A DNA stretch of 32,000 nucleotides from Trichlorobacter lovleyi SZ (GTDB lineage: Bacteria > Desulfobacterota > Desulfuromonadia > Geobacterales > Pseudopelobacteraceae), in assembly GCF_000020385.1 (NCBI RefSeq), contig NC_010814.1, forward strand, positions 3,540,001 through 3,572,000. The letters are read 5' to 3'. The translations under genes were made by a program, and so were the position numbers. The notes below the pieces were generated by a model. The model made no database searches and was not told the origin of the DNA. It saw nothing but the letters and a program-made list of their open reading frames with translations. Shown in pieces: positions 8,609 to 17,196 of this stretch. The first letter of the stretch is position 1. Every line of letters begins with the position of its first letter.

Positions 8609-10015
8609 TCATACTCCGGCTATCCGGTGTGCTGCCCGCAGCAGCGTATCAACCATGCCCGGCTCCCCTGCTTCACTGTAGAGGCGCAAAACCGGCTCAG
8701 TGCCGGAGGGGCGCACCAGCAGCCAGTCGCCATTATCAAACACAAACTTGAAGCCATCGCTAAAGTTGGTGGTGGCAACCGTCCGGCCTGCAATGGTCGC
8801 AGGCGGTTCGTTCCTCAAGCGCTGCAGCAACGCCTCTTTTGCCTCGCTACTGATATGGGTGTCAATCCGGCGGTAGTAAAAGTGGCCAATCTCATCCATA
8901 ATCTCTTCCAGCTGTTGACGCAGCCCCTTACCGGTCATTGCCACCGTTTCCAGCAACAAAAGCCCCATCAACACGCCGTCCCGCTCCGGGATATGGCCGC
9001 TGATACCCAGGCCACCTGACTCCTCCCCACCCATCAGGATCTGCTTCTCCAGCATCAGCTCGCAGATATGTTTGAAGCCAATCGGTGTCTCATACAGCGC
9101 CAGATCATATTTTCGGGCCAGCAGGTCAATCATGCGGGTTGATGAAACGGTCTTGACCACACCGCCTGACAGACCTTTGCGTTCCACCAGGTGTTTCAGC
9201 AACAGGGTAAAGATCGCATGGGATGAAAAGAACTCGCCGCGCTCATCCACCGCACCGATCCGGTCGGCATCACCATCCAGGGCCAGGCCGACCCGATAGC
9301 GGCCGGTTGCCAGCAGGCCGCACAACTCCTGCAGATTTTCGCCGATCGGCTCCGGCGGACGGCCACCAAACGAGGGATTCTGTTCAGCATGGATTTCATC
9401 AATTCCCAGCAGGCGCTTAAAAAAACCGCTGCCAGCCCCAAACATCGGGTCAGCCACAGCAGGTATAGCGGCCTTGCGGATCGCCTCAATATCAACCAGA
9501 TGACCAAGCTGTTGCAGATACCCGGTGGCGGCATCAACCTGCTCAATCCTGCCGCTACGAAAGGCTTCTTCAAACGGAACCGAACGGATCAGACGCCCTT
9601 CAGCCCTGTTGTAGGCTACAATCTGTTCCAGCAACCGGGTCGTTTCCGGACGCGCTGAGCCGCCAAAATTTTCCTTAATCTTAAAACCGTTATAGATTGG
9701 AGGGTTATGACTGGCCGTAATCATGACGCCAGCCCCGGCCTTCAGTTCTTTGGCCGCCCAGGAAACTGCCGGTGTCGGCGCCACCTCATCACACAAAAAT
9801 ACCCGGATATCATTGCCGGCTGCGACTTCAGCCACCCGGCAGGCAAATTCCCGCGACAGAAAACGCCGGTCATACCCTACCACCAGCCCTTGATCCGCCA
9901 ACCCCTCACGGGTCATCCAATCCATGGTTGCCTGGGCCACCAGCCCCAGATTATCAAAGGTAAATTCACGGGCAATCACCCCGCGCCAGCCGTCGGTTCC
10001 AAATTTTATTTCCAC
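8609..10015 (-). CDS. Phosphoglucomutase/phosphomannomutase family protein
   Basis: 468 aa. Active-site loop GVMITASHNPPIYNGFK, Mg-binding LALDGDADR, and GGEESGG. GTG start with GGAGGGGG SD. Confidence 0.9.
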   Translation of the reverse strand: MEIKFGTDGWRGVIAREFTFDNLGLVAQATMDWMTREGLADQGLVVGYDRRFLSREFACRVAEVAAGNDIRVFLCDEVAPTPAVSWAAKELKAGAGVMITASHNPPIYNGFKIKENFGGSARPETTRLLEQIVAYNRAEGRLIRSVPFEEAFRSGRIEQVDAATGYLQQLGHLVDIEAIRKAAIPAVADPMFGAGSGFFKRLLGIDEIHAEQNPSFGGRPPEPIGENLQELCGLLATGRYRVGLALDGDADRIGAVDERGEFFSSHAIFTLLLKHLVERKGLSGGVVKTVSSTRMIDLLARKYDLALYETPIGFKHICELMLEKQILMGGEESGGLGISGHIPERDGVLMGLLLLETVAMTGKGLRQQLEEIMDEIGHFYYRRIDTHISSEAKEALLQRLRNEPPATIAGRTVATTNFSDGFKFVFDNGDWLLVRPSGTEPVLRLYSEAGEPGMVDTLLRAAHRIAGV

Positions 10016-10060
10016 GCTACCCCCTCCAGGACAATCAGGGCTAAGGAAACGAGAAGCTTC

Positions 10061-10336
10061 CTATTGTTTGCCCTCCATTTTATAGATCCATACCAGTATC
10101 TCGGCAACGGCTCGATAGAGCTCAGCCGGGATATGCTCATCCAGGTCAACCTGCATCAACAGGGTCACCAGTTCCGGTGACTCATGCACATAGACGCCTG
10201 CTTCCTTGGCACAGGCAATGATCGCCTCGGCCATGATCCCCTTCCCCTTGGCCACCACCACCGGCGCATAAAAGCCCTGCTTATAGGATAGCGCTGCTGC
10301 CATCCGCTGGTCATGCAGCTGACGTTCACGAGCCAT
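10061..10336 (-). CDS. FlhB C-terminal-domain-like protein (EscU/YscU/HrcU-type fragment, YlqH-like)
   Basis: 91 aa. AAALSYKQGFYAPVVVAKGKGIMAEAIIACAKEAGVYVHESPELVTLLMQVDLDEHIPAELYRAVAEILVWIY matches the post-cleavage FlhB-CC region. No NPTH motif and no TM domain. The start overlaps the upstream gene by 11 nt. Confidence 0.8.
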   Translation of the reverse strand: MARERQLHDQRMAAALSYKQGFYAPVVVAKGKGIMAEAIIACAKEAGVYVHESPELVTLLMQVDLDEHIPAELYRAVAEILVWIYKMEGKQ

Positions 10337-12446
10337 GTTTCACCACAATGTTCCCCGGATCAAAACCGGCTGCCAGCAGTTGTCCGTGCAACTCTCCGCG
10401 TTCCTCTTCCATCAGACTGGCTGTACCCTCATGCTCGGCACCGATCACCAGGTCCAGGCGGGTCCCGTTCAGACTCAAGGCGACCTCCACCCGTCCCAAC
10501 TGCGGCAGGGTCAAGGCCAGCGAGGTCTCCCAGGGGGTGGTCTGCTGTTCTTCGCTACCACTGCGCCCCCGCCCTTCCCGGTCCTTGATACGCCACTCCA
10601 TCGGCTGGCCGGGAAACAGTTCGCCATGAAACAGCAATTGACCGGTCTGCAGTGAGGCCAGCTGTTCCTTGACCATTGCAAGGGTACGGGGATCGCTCCC
10701 TTCCTCTCGGTGCAGCTGAGCTGAGCGGGCCTCCTGACTGCCCGGCTGTTGGGAAAGCTGTCCCTGCGGCTCCTGCAGCAGTTGTTCCAGGCTGTACTCG
10801 CCACTGAACCAGCGGGAAAGATGGGCCTCATAGAACAGGCCGCTCTCCTTCAACCCCTTGCGCAGCATCTGCTCCAGCTGAACCGGATCGGACGGAGCCC
10901 CCTGCAACAGGGTGCGCAGGATACCCAGCCCTTCCTTGAGGGGTGCCGCTTGATTCTGCATGCCCAGCAGGGTACTGACCCAGCGCCCGGTCTGGCTGAC
11001 CAGGGCATCGCCCCCCTTGCCGTAGCGCACCAGTAGAAAGGTGGCAGGATCTTCACCGATAAAGAACAGATTCAGATTGTCACCGACCTTCACTCCCTTG
11101 GGCAGCAGCACCGCCATGGCCTGACCACCCACCTGGACCATGAACCGGCCACCACCGAGGGACTGCAGCACATCACCGCGCAGTTGCTGACCGGCCTGGA
11201 ACCCCTTTAAGGCATCAGCGGAGACCTGGGGTTCAAGCAGGGTAAGACGGTTGCCCTGCATCAATGACTGCAGCAATTTCAGGACACTCTCATCTATTTT
11301 TCCGTCAGCGGCAGGTGCAGCACGGTTTTGCAGTGAACGTGCGGACAGATTGGCCGAGGCTCCGTAGGTCATCGCCTCGTCCAGAATGGCAGCCAGGGCA
11401 GAGGAGCCGGGCGGCAAACTGCTGACAACCTGCTGCAACCGTCCCATAACAGCACGCTGTGCCTCGCCCTGCCCTTCTTCCTTGCTTACCAGAGCACTGA
11501 GCCAACGGGCGGCATCACTTACATTGCTGGGCTGTTCCTGAACCGGCTGCCCCAACAGGGCAAAAACCAGCCTGGGCTGTTGCGTCACCAGTGCCAGTCG
11601 CAGTATTTCTCCCTGTGTCATCGGTTTTGACAGCTGCAGTTCCAGCGATTCGCCAGCCAACTGTACTAACACCCGCCCACCGGGTAAACGCCCCTGCACC
11701 AGGGCATTGGCCTCTTCACCGGGCTGCAACGGCAAAGGCGCCAGGGGCTGATTGGCCACATCCACCAGGGTCAGCCGCGCCCGCTGAGCAAGATTGAGCA
11801 ACATCTTCGCAGCAGCATCTTCAAAACCGCCGGTGGAACGTCCGGCAAGCCCTGCAGCGGTATTCGGCGTTTGACCGGACTCACCACCAACTGTCTGGGT
11901 AGGCCGCTCAAGCAGCCCGCCGGGCGGGACCACCACCGCGCGACCATCAGTACGATAGGTTAGAAAATCATCCAGAAAACCGGCCAACACACTGGTCTGT
12001 CCACTTGATTGGCGCAGCAGATCACCGATACTTTGCAGGGACGAGCGCTGGTGGGGTTCCATGAACTGCTCATTGGAGACCAGCAGAGACAGGAGCCGGG
12101 AGGCATCGGACAGGCTGACCGGCGGTGCGCTGACCCCTGGTCTGGCCAGGGCAAAGGTCGGACGGGGATCATTGCCGACAAAGGTCAGTTCAAGGTTTTG
12201 CCCCTGACGCACCGCCATCTGCAGATCAAGCTGCAGCTGCAACCCACCGATCTGAACCGGAATCTTGCCTGCCTGGGGCTGGCCGGTCACCTCGGCCGTT
12301 ACCCGCTGCCCCGGCGCAAGGGTAAGCGGCTGTTGGCTGACCCCAATCGTAGTCGGTTCAACAGGTTCTGCAGGTATTATCGCCAAGTTGGAACTGCGGG
12401 ACAGCAGGTCATAGACCTGCTGTTGTATGTCAGAGGGAAAGGCCAT
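10326..12446 (-). CDS. FliK-like (hook-length-control C-terminal domain) protein with three internal about 120-aa modules
   Basis: 706 aa, rich in Q/L/G/P. The C-terminus LALTLPQLGRVEVALSLNGTRLDLVIGAEHEGTASLMEEERGELHGQLLAAGFDPGNIVV follows the FliK C-terminal (Flg_hook) pattern. No SD precedes the ATG. Confidence 0.7.
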   Translation of the reverse strand: MAFPSDIQQQVYDLLSRSSNLAIIPAEPVEPTTIGVSQQPLTLAPGQRVTAEVTGQPQAGKIPVQIGGLQLQLDLQMAVRQGQNLELTFVGNDPRPTFALARPGVSAPPVSLSDASRLLSLLVSNEQFMEPHQRSSLQSIGDLLRQSSGQTSVLAGFLDDFLTYRTDGRAVVVPPGGLLERPTQTVGGESGQTPNTAAGLAGRSTGGFEDAAAKMLLNLAQRARLTLVDVANQPLAPLPLQPGEEANALVQGRLPGGRVLVQLAGESLELQLSKPMTQGEILRLALVTQQPRLVFALLGQPVQEQPSNVSDAARWLSALVSKEEGQGEAQRAVMGRLQQVVSSLPPGSSALAAILDEAMTYGASANLSARSLQNRAAPAADGKIDESVLKLLQSLMQGNRLTLLEPQVSADALKGFQAGQQLRGDVLQSLGGGRFMVQVGGQAMAVLLPKGVKVGDNLNLFFIGEDPATFLLVRYGKGGDALVSQTGRWVSTLLGMQNQAAPLKEGLGILRTLLQGAPSDPVQLEQMLRKGLKESGLFYEAHLSRWFSGEYSLEQLLQEPQGQLSQQPGSQEARSAQLHREEGSDPRTLAMVKEQLASLQTGQLLFHGELFPGQPMEWRIKDREGRGRSGSEEQQTTPWETSLALTLPQLGRVEVALSLNGTRLDLVIGAEHEGTASLMEEERGELHGQLLAAGFDPGNIVVKHGS

Positions 12447-12453
12447 AATTTGT

Positions 12454-12461
12454 TTATCGGC
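12454..12461 (-). promoter_or_regulatory. Perfect sigma-28 (FliA) -10-type box GCCGATAA, 7 nt upstream of the fliK-like ATG
   Basis: The minus strand reads GCCGATAA-ACAAATT-ATG. The expected TAAA -35 is not matched (TTAG/TTTT at the expected distance). Confidence 0.25.
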
Positions 12462-12580
12462 AGAAAAGGCAGCGATCTAAAAAATGATCAAGCTCCTCGT
12501 CTCTGCAATAAGACGCAGAAAATCATCGGAACTGGCGTATTGCCGGCACGATGATGGGCAGACGACCTTCGCAGCACGTT

Positions 12581-15145
12581 TTACCCCCAGATCAGATAGC
12601 CCGGCTCGTATATCAGCCCCAACTCCGTATGCCTCGGCATCACCCGCACCATAAAACCATAGCGTCCGCAGAAACGGCACTCAAGCTCTCCGGCAAAGCG
12701 GTAGCGGCCGCTTTCCAACGTTTCCGTCACTGCCAGTGGAACAATCTCGCCACCACGGATGACCCCCTGATTGTCCAGGACGCCGAAGTACCCTTCCACT
12801 GCCACTTCATCCGGCTTCAGGCCACCAAGTCTGACGGTAACACTGACCGGCAGGCTGCTGCCCACCGCCACCGAATCGCTTAATTTTGCCTCGGTGGCCT
12901 CAATCCCGACCTGATTCCAGCCTCCGAAGACCCGTTTCTTCCAGGCTGCCAGTTCCTTGGCAAGCCCGAGATCATTGGCCTCAAGCCGCGTCCATTGCCG
13001 ATAGGAAGGGATATAGGAGAGCTGGGCATACTCCTCAACCATCCGGTCGGTTGAAAAGACCGGACAGAGCGACTGCATCGAGGCCTTCATCATGCTGACC
13101 CAATCACGGGGAATACCATCACCGCCGCGCTGATAGTAGAGCGGCACCACTTCCTTTTCCAGCAGGTCATACAAAGCGCCACTCTCCACCTGATTCTGAT
13201 ATTCCAGATCAGCGTAGACCTCACCTTTGCCGATGGCCCAGCCGTTATTGCCCTGGTAGCCCTCACACCACCAGCCATCCAGGATGGAAAGGTTCAGGCC
13301 CGCATTAAAGGCCACCTTCATACCGCTGGTACCGCTGGCCTCCATCGGGCGACGGGGTGTGTTCAGCCAGACATCCACCCCCTGCACCAGATGACGGGCC
13401 ACCTCCATATCGTAATCCTCAATAAAGACGATCCGGTGCCGGAAACGCTCCTGGTGGGAAACCTGTACAATCTGGCGGATCAGTTCCTTGCCTTCGGTGT
13501 CGTGGGGATGGGCCTTACCGGCAAAAATGATCTGTACCGGACGATCGGTGTTGTTCAAGATCCGGTCCAAGCGGTCCAGATCCCGCATCAACAGGGTACC
13601 CCGCTTGTAGGTGGCAAAACGACGGGCAAAACCGATGGTCAGCACCTCAGGGTCCAGCACCTCATCCGCTGTGGCGATCTCCTTGGCAGTGGCACCAACC
13701 TTTTTCAACTGCTCCTTCAGGCGGCAACGGGCAAAATCCACCAGCCGTTCGCGGGTGCTCTGGCGGGTACGCCAGATCTCGGCATCCGGTATCTTGCCGA
13801 TCCTGCGCCAGACATTGTGATCGGTCGGGTCATCCAGCCAGCGGGTACCCAGGTAGCGTACCAGCAGACTGCCCATCTGGCCTGACATCCAGGTGCGGGT
13901 ATGGACCCCGTTGGTAATGGAGCTGAGCGGCAACTGCTCTTCCGGCAGCTCCGGCCAGAGGTTCTTCCACATGCTGCGGGAAACCTCGCCATGCAGCTGA
14001 CTGACACCATTGGCATGACCGGCCAGTTTCAGGGCCAGCACCGCCATGCAGAAGCTCTCGTACTGGTCTGCCGGGTTCTGACGTCCCAGCCCCAGAAATT
14101 CGTCCCGCGAAAGGTTGAATGACCTGATATATTTAGTGAAGTACTTATCCAGCATTTCAGTAGGGAAGTGATCAATGCCGGCCTCAACCGGGGTGTGGGT
14201 GGTAAAGATGTTACCGGCCCTGGTCACCTCACGGGCCTCGTTAAAGCTGATCTTGCGCTTCTCCATCACCAGCCTGATCCGCTCCAGGGCCAGGAAGGCG
14301 GCATGGCCTTCATTCATATGGCAGACATTGGGAATGATCCGCAGGGCACGCAGGGCACGCACCCCGCCGATCCCCAGCAGGATCTCCTGCAGCATCCGCA
14401 TTTCCTGATTGCCGCCGTACAGTTGTGACGTGATCAGGCGATCTTCAGGGTTGTTTTCCTCCAGATTGGTGTCCAGCAGATAGAGCGGCACCCGTCCCAC
14501 CTGCACCCGCCAGATATGGGCCTTGAAGTGACGCGGCCCAAACTCCAGCTCCACCTCAAAGGGGCGGCCCAGCTGATCCCGCTCCAGAATCAGCGGCAGG
14601 TTGTAAAAATCATTTTCCGGATAAATCTCCTGCTGCCAGCCCTCGTTGTTCAAATACTGACGGAAATAGCCCTGACGATACAGCAGCCCTACCCCAACCA
14701 GCGGCAAGCCCAGATCAGAGGCTGACTTGAGGTGGTCGCCGGCCAGAATCCCCAGACCACCTGAGTAGACCGCCAGCGATTCATGCAGGCCGAACTCCAT
14801 GGAAAAGTAGGCGGTCTTCAGTTCAGCATCGCCGTTGTACTCCTTCTGAAACCAGGATTTCTCAGACATATAGGCGGTCAGCTTCTCATCCACCATCTGC
14901 AGGTGGGCCATAAAGCCTTCATCCTGCTTCAGGGACTCAAGGGTTGTCTGCTGCAGTATTCCCAGCATCTCCACCGGATTGTGGCGGGTGGCGTTCCAGA
15001 GATCAATATCCAAGCGCTTGAACAGGGCAATCGCATCCGGGTCCCAGGACCACCAGAGGTTGTAGGCGATCCGTTGCAGCGGGGCCAGTTCATCGGACAG
15101 GGAAGGGACAACGGTGAATTTATGGAGCAGTTTGGAAAAATCCAT
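12581..15145 (-). CDS. glgP: Alpha-glucan (glycogen/maltodextrin) phosphorylase, GT35 family
   Basis: The N-terminus YNLWWSWDP is typical of the alpha-glucan phosphorylase subfamily. The PLP-Lys region is PMEASGTSGMKVAFNAGLNLSILDGWW. Start moved from 15220 to the ATG at 15145 (MDFSKLL), which has a GAGGTG SD. Confidence 0.9.
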   Translation of the reverse strand: MDFSKLLHKFTVVPSLSDELAPLQRIAYNLWWSWDPDAIALFKRLDIDLWNATRHNPVEMLGILQQTTLESLKQDEGFMAHLQMVDEKLTAYMSEKSWFQKEYNGDAELKTAYFSMEFGLHESLAVYSGGLGILAGDHLKSASDLGLPLVGVGLLYRQGYFRQYLNNEGWQQEIYPENDFYNLPLILERDQLGRPFEVELEFGPRHFKAHIWRVQVGRVPLYLLDTNLEENNPEDRLITSQLYGGNQEMRMLQEILLGIGGVRALRALRIIPNVCHMNEGHAAFLALERIRLVMEKRKISFNEAREVTRAGNIFTTHTPVEAGIDHFPTEMLDKYFTKYIRSFNLSRDEFLGLGRQNPADQYESFCMAVLALKLAGHANGVSQLHGEVSRSMWKNLWPELPEEQLPLSSITNGVHTRTWMSGQMGSLLVRYLGTRWLDDPTDHNVWRRIGKIPDAEIWRTRQSTRERLVDFARCRLKEQLKKVGATAKEIATADEVLDPEVLTIGFARRFATYKRGTLLMRDLDRLDRILNNTDRPVQIIFAGKAHPHDTEGKELIRQIVQVSHQERFRHRIVFIEDYDMEVARHLVQGVDVWLNTPRRPMEASGTSGMKVAFNAGLNLSILDGWWCEGYQGNNGWAIGKGEVYADLEYQNQVESGALYDLLEKEVVPLYYQRGGDGIPRDWVSMMKASMQSLCPVFSTDRMVEEYAQLSYIPSYRQWTRLEANDLGLAKELAAWKKRVFGGWNQVGIEATEAKLSDSVAVGSSLPVSVTVRLGGLKPDEVAVEGYFGVLDNQGVIRGGEIVPLAVTETLESGRYRFAGELECRFCGRYGFMVRVMPRHTELGLIYEPGYLIWG

Positions 15146-15220
15146 GGGACACCTCGGGGGCAGGACAATAGATAACTGATCAGGAAACGAGGATTTTCTT
15201 GTTCCAGTTGCGGCTACCAA

Positions 15221-15268
15221 GGGGCGGCAGCGGAAGCGTACCAGGCAGTACGTTGAGCATGCCGCCCC
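15221..15268 (-). other. Long GC-rich hairpin between dapF and glgP
   Basis: GGGGCGGCA (15221-15229) pairs with TGCCGCCCC (15260-15268), with an inner GCGTAC/GTACGT helix. Only TT follows on the minus strand, so its role as terminator or attenuator is uncertain. Confidence 0.35.
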
Positions 15269-15303
15269 GCAGGTTGACGTGACTGGGGCGAAAAAGACCG
15301 TTT

Positions 15304-16140
15304 CTACAACGCAATCTCACCAGAAAACACTTCCGTTGCCGGACCGGTCATAAACACCGGCCCGTTCTCAACCCACTCCAGCTCCAGGTCACCGCCAGCC
15401 AGATGGTTGAGGATCTTGCGGTCGGTCAGGTTGTTCAACACACCTGCCACGCAGACCGCGCTGGCACCGGTGCCGCAGGCCAGGGTCTCGCCTGCACCAC
15501 GTTCCCAGGTACGCTGCTTGACTTCAGTGCGGGAGATAATCTGAATAAACTCCACGTTGGTACGGCGGGGAAACAGCTGGTGGTTCTCGATCAACGGGCC
15601 GTAGGTGGCCACCGGAAAGTTGTCCACGTCATCCACATAGATAATGCAGTGGGGGTTACCCATGGAGACACAGGTGATCTTGAAGGTCTTGTCCAACACC
15701 GTCAGTTCTTCAGCCACCACCTGGGCAGCCGGCGTGCCGTTCATCGGGATCTCTTCACGGGAAAGCCGTGGCGGTCCCATGTTGACCCGTACCCGCTCCA
15801 CCTTGTTCTCTGCATTGGGGAACAGTTGCAGGGTCAGGATACCGGCACCGGTTTCGGCCGTAATCTCGGTCTTGGTCACAATACCATGATCATACGCGTA
15901 CTTGGCCACACAGCGGATACCGTTACCACACATCTCCGACTCGGAACCGTCGCTGTTGAACATCCGCATCCGCACATCGGCCTTATCAGTGGGCATGATC
16001 AGGATCAGGCCGTCAGAGCCGATCCCGAAGTTGCGATTTGAAACCTTGATCGCTGTTTCAGCAGGATTATCCACGGTCTCCTTGAAACAGTCCACATACA
16101 CGTAATCGTTGCCAGCACCATGCATCTTGGTAAACTTCAT
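15304..16140 (-). CDS. dapF: Diaminopimelate epimerase
   Basis: 278 aa. [33 protein letters not shown] and LACGTGASA (two catalytic Cys motifs). Confidence 0.92.
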   Translation of the reverse strand: MKFTKMHGAGNDYVYVDCFKETVDNPAETAIKVSNRNFGIGSDGLILIMPTDKADVRMRMFNSDGSESEMCGNGIRCVAKYAYDHGIVTKTEITAETGAGILTLQLFPNAENKVERVRVNMGPPRLSREEIPMNGTPAAQVVAEELTVLDKTFKITCVSMGNPHCIIYVDDVDNFPVATYGPLIENHQLFPRRTNVEFIQIISRTEVKQRTWERGAGETLACGTGASAVCVAGVLNNLTDRKILNHLAGGDLELEWVENGPVFMTGPATEVFSGEIAL

Positions 16141-16285
16141 TACCGTTCCTCCATTGAAAGCAATGTATTAGAATCAAGAAAGTAGCAGAATACCGTCACG
16201 GCAACAAGACGAAATCATGGACGTGGCATGAATGTAACGTGTATACTTTTCGCTCCATTCAGACCTGTTAAGGAGAACCAAACCC

Positions 16286-16846
16286 ATGATCCGCCCCTTC
16301 AAAGGCATCACCCCTCAAATCGACCCATCTGCCTTTATTGCCGAGACCGCCGTGGTAATCGGCGAAGTCAGTATCGGTGCCCAGGCCAGTCTTTGGTACA
16401 ATGTGGTGGCCCGTGGTGACGTCAACTCCATCAGCATTGGTGCCCGCAGTAACATCCAGGATCTGACCATGCTGCATGTGACCCATAAGAAGCACGCCGA
16501 TGATCCCGGCGCCCCGCTGGTCATCGGCAATGACGTGACAGTGGGCCACTCCGTCACCCTGCATGGCTGCACCTTGAAGGATGGCTGCTTTATCGGCATG
16601 CAGGCCATGGTGATGGATAAAGCCGTTGTTGGCGAAGGCGCCCTGGTGGGTGCCCGGGCGCTGGTCACTGAAGGGACCGTTATCCCGCCCCATACCCTCT
16701 GGGTTGGCGCTCCGGCCAAGTACAAGCGGGACCTGACCCCGGACGAGATCGCCTGGCTGAACAAGTCTGCTGACAATTATGTACGCTATTCGCGGGAGTT
16801 TCTTGAGGAAGGACTGGGCGAGCAATTTGAGCAGCCATCTGTTTGA
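16286..16846 (+). CDS. Gamma-class carbonic anhydrase / hexapeptide-repeat (YrdA/PaaY-like) protein
   Basis: 186 aa. Left-handed beta-helix hexapeptide repeats (IAETAVVIGEVSIGAQASLWYNVVARGDVNSISIGARSNIQDLTMLHV) with His ligand positions. AAGGAG SD. Confidence 0.85.
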   Translation: MIRPFKGITPQIDPSAFIAETAVVIGEVSIGAQASLWYNVVARGDVNSISIGARSNIQDLTMLHVTHKKHADDPGAPLVIGNDVTVGHSVTLHGCTLKDGCFIGMQAMVMDKAVVGEGALVGARALVTEGTVIPPHTLWVGAPAKYKRDLTPDEIAWLNKSADNYVRYSREFLEEGLGEQFEQPSV

Positions 16847-16880
16847 TATATCTAAACACAACCCCTGAAAAACAAAACAG

Positions 16881-16909
16881 TTGACGGACTGATCCGGTCT
16901 TCTTATGAT
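16881..16909 (+). promoter_or_regulatory. Sigma-70 promoter of the leuA leader
   Basis: TTGACG (16881-16886), 17-nt spacer, TATGAT (16904-16909). The predicted TSS is about 16916, just ahead of the T-box leader. Confidence 0.5.
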
Positions 16910-16916
16910 GTCGTCA

Positions 16917-17170
16917 CATTTGTTGTAAAGGCTGGGAAGAGGAGTAGTAACAGAGGTACATCCTTGAGAGAGCCGGTGGGTGGTGCGAACCGGTGGATGG
17001 AAACTGTGAACTCGCCTTGGAGCCGCTCCGGTGAACCGCCAGTAGTCGGAGACGAGTTATCCACGTAACGGATCAATTAAGGTTTGCAGCTCGCTGCAAA
17101 CGAAGTAGGGTGGTACCACGAAAGCTACGCGCCTTCGTCCCTGCAACAGGGCGGAGGCGTTTTTTATTTC
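16917..17170 (+). promoter_or_regulatory. T-box leader (tRNA-Leu sensing, specifier CUC) with intrinsic terminator
   Basis: AG-bay GAGAGAG (16966-72) and distal-loop-like GGTGGTGCGAA (about 16978-88). Specifier-loop GAA-CTC-G has CTC at 17011-13. The stem III hairpin is GTTTGCAG-CTCG-CTGCAAAC (17082-17101). The T-box sequence is AGTAGGGTGGTACCACG (17104-20), whose UGGU bulge can pair with an ACCA 3' end. A terminator follows. Confidence 0.75.
17130..17170 (+). terminator. Intrinsic terminator of the T-box leader
   Basis: CGCCTTCGTCCCTG-CAA-CAGGGCGGAGGCG followed by TTTTTTATTT. The 5' arm overlaps sequence that can alternatively pair with the T-box (antiterminator). Confidence 0.7.
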
Positions 17171-17196
17171 AGGACACCACACACAGGAGGTGGAGC

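Noticed and set aside
12477-12680. 67-aa minus-strand ORF spanning the glgP stop / fliK-like spacer
   Set aside because: It overlaps the 3' end of glgP in another frame, and it has no SD and no motif.
15403-16861. Antisense ORFs to dapF (15403-16041, +) and to the gamma-CA-like gene (16268-16861 and 16315-16776, -)
   Set aside because: The opposite-strand genes carry unambiguous family motifs. The antisense translations are Gly/His/Arg/Ala-rich with no motifs.
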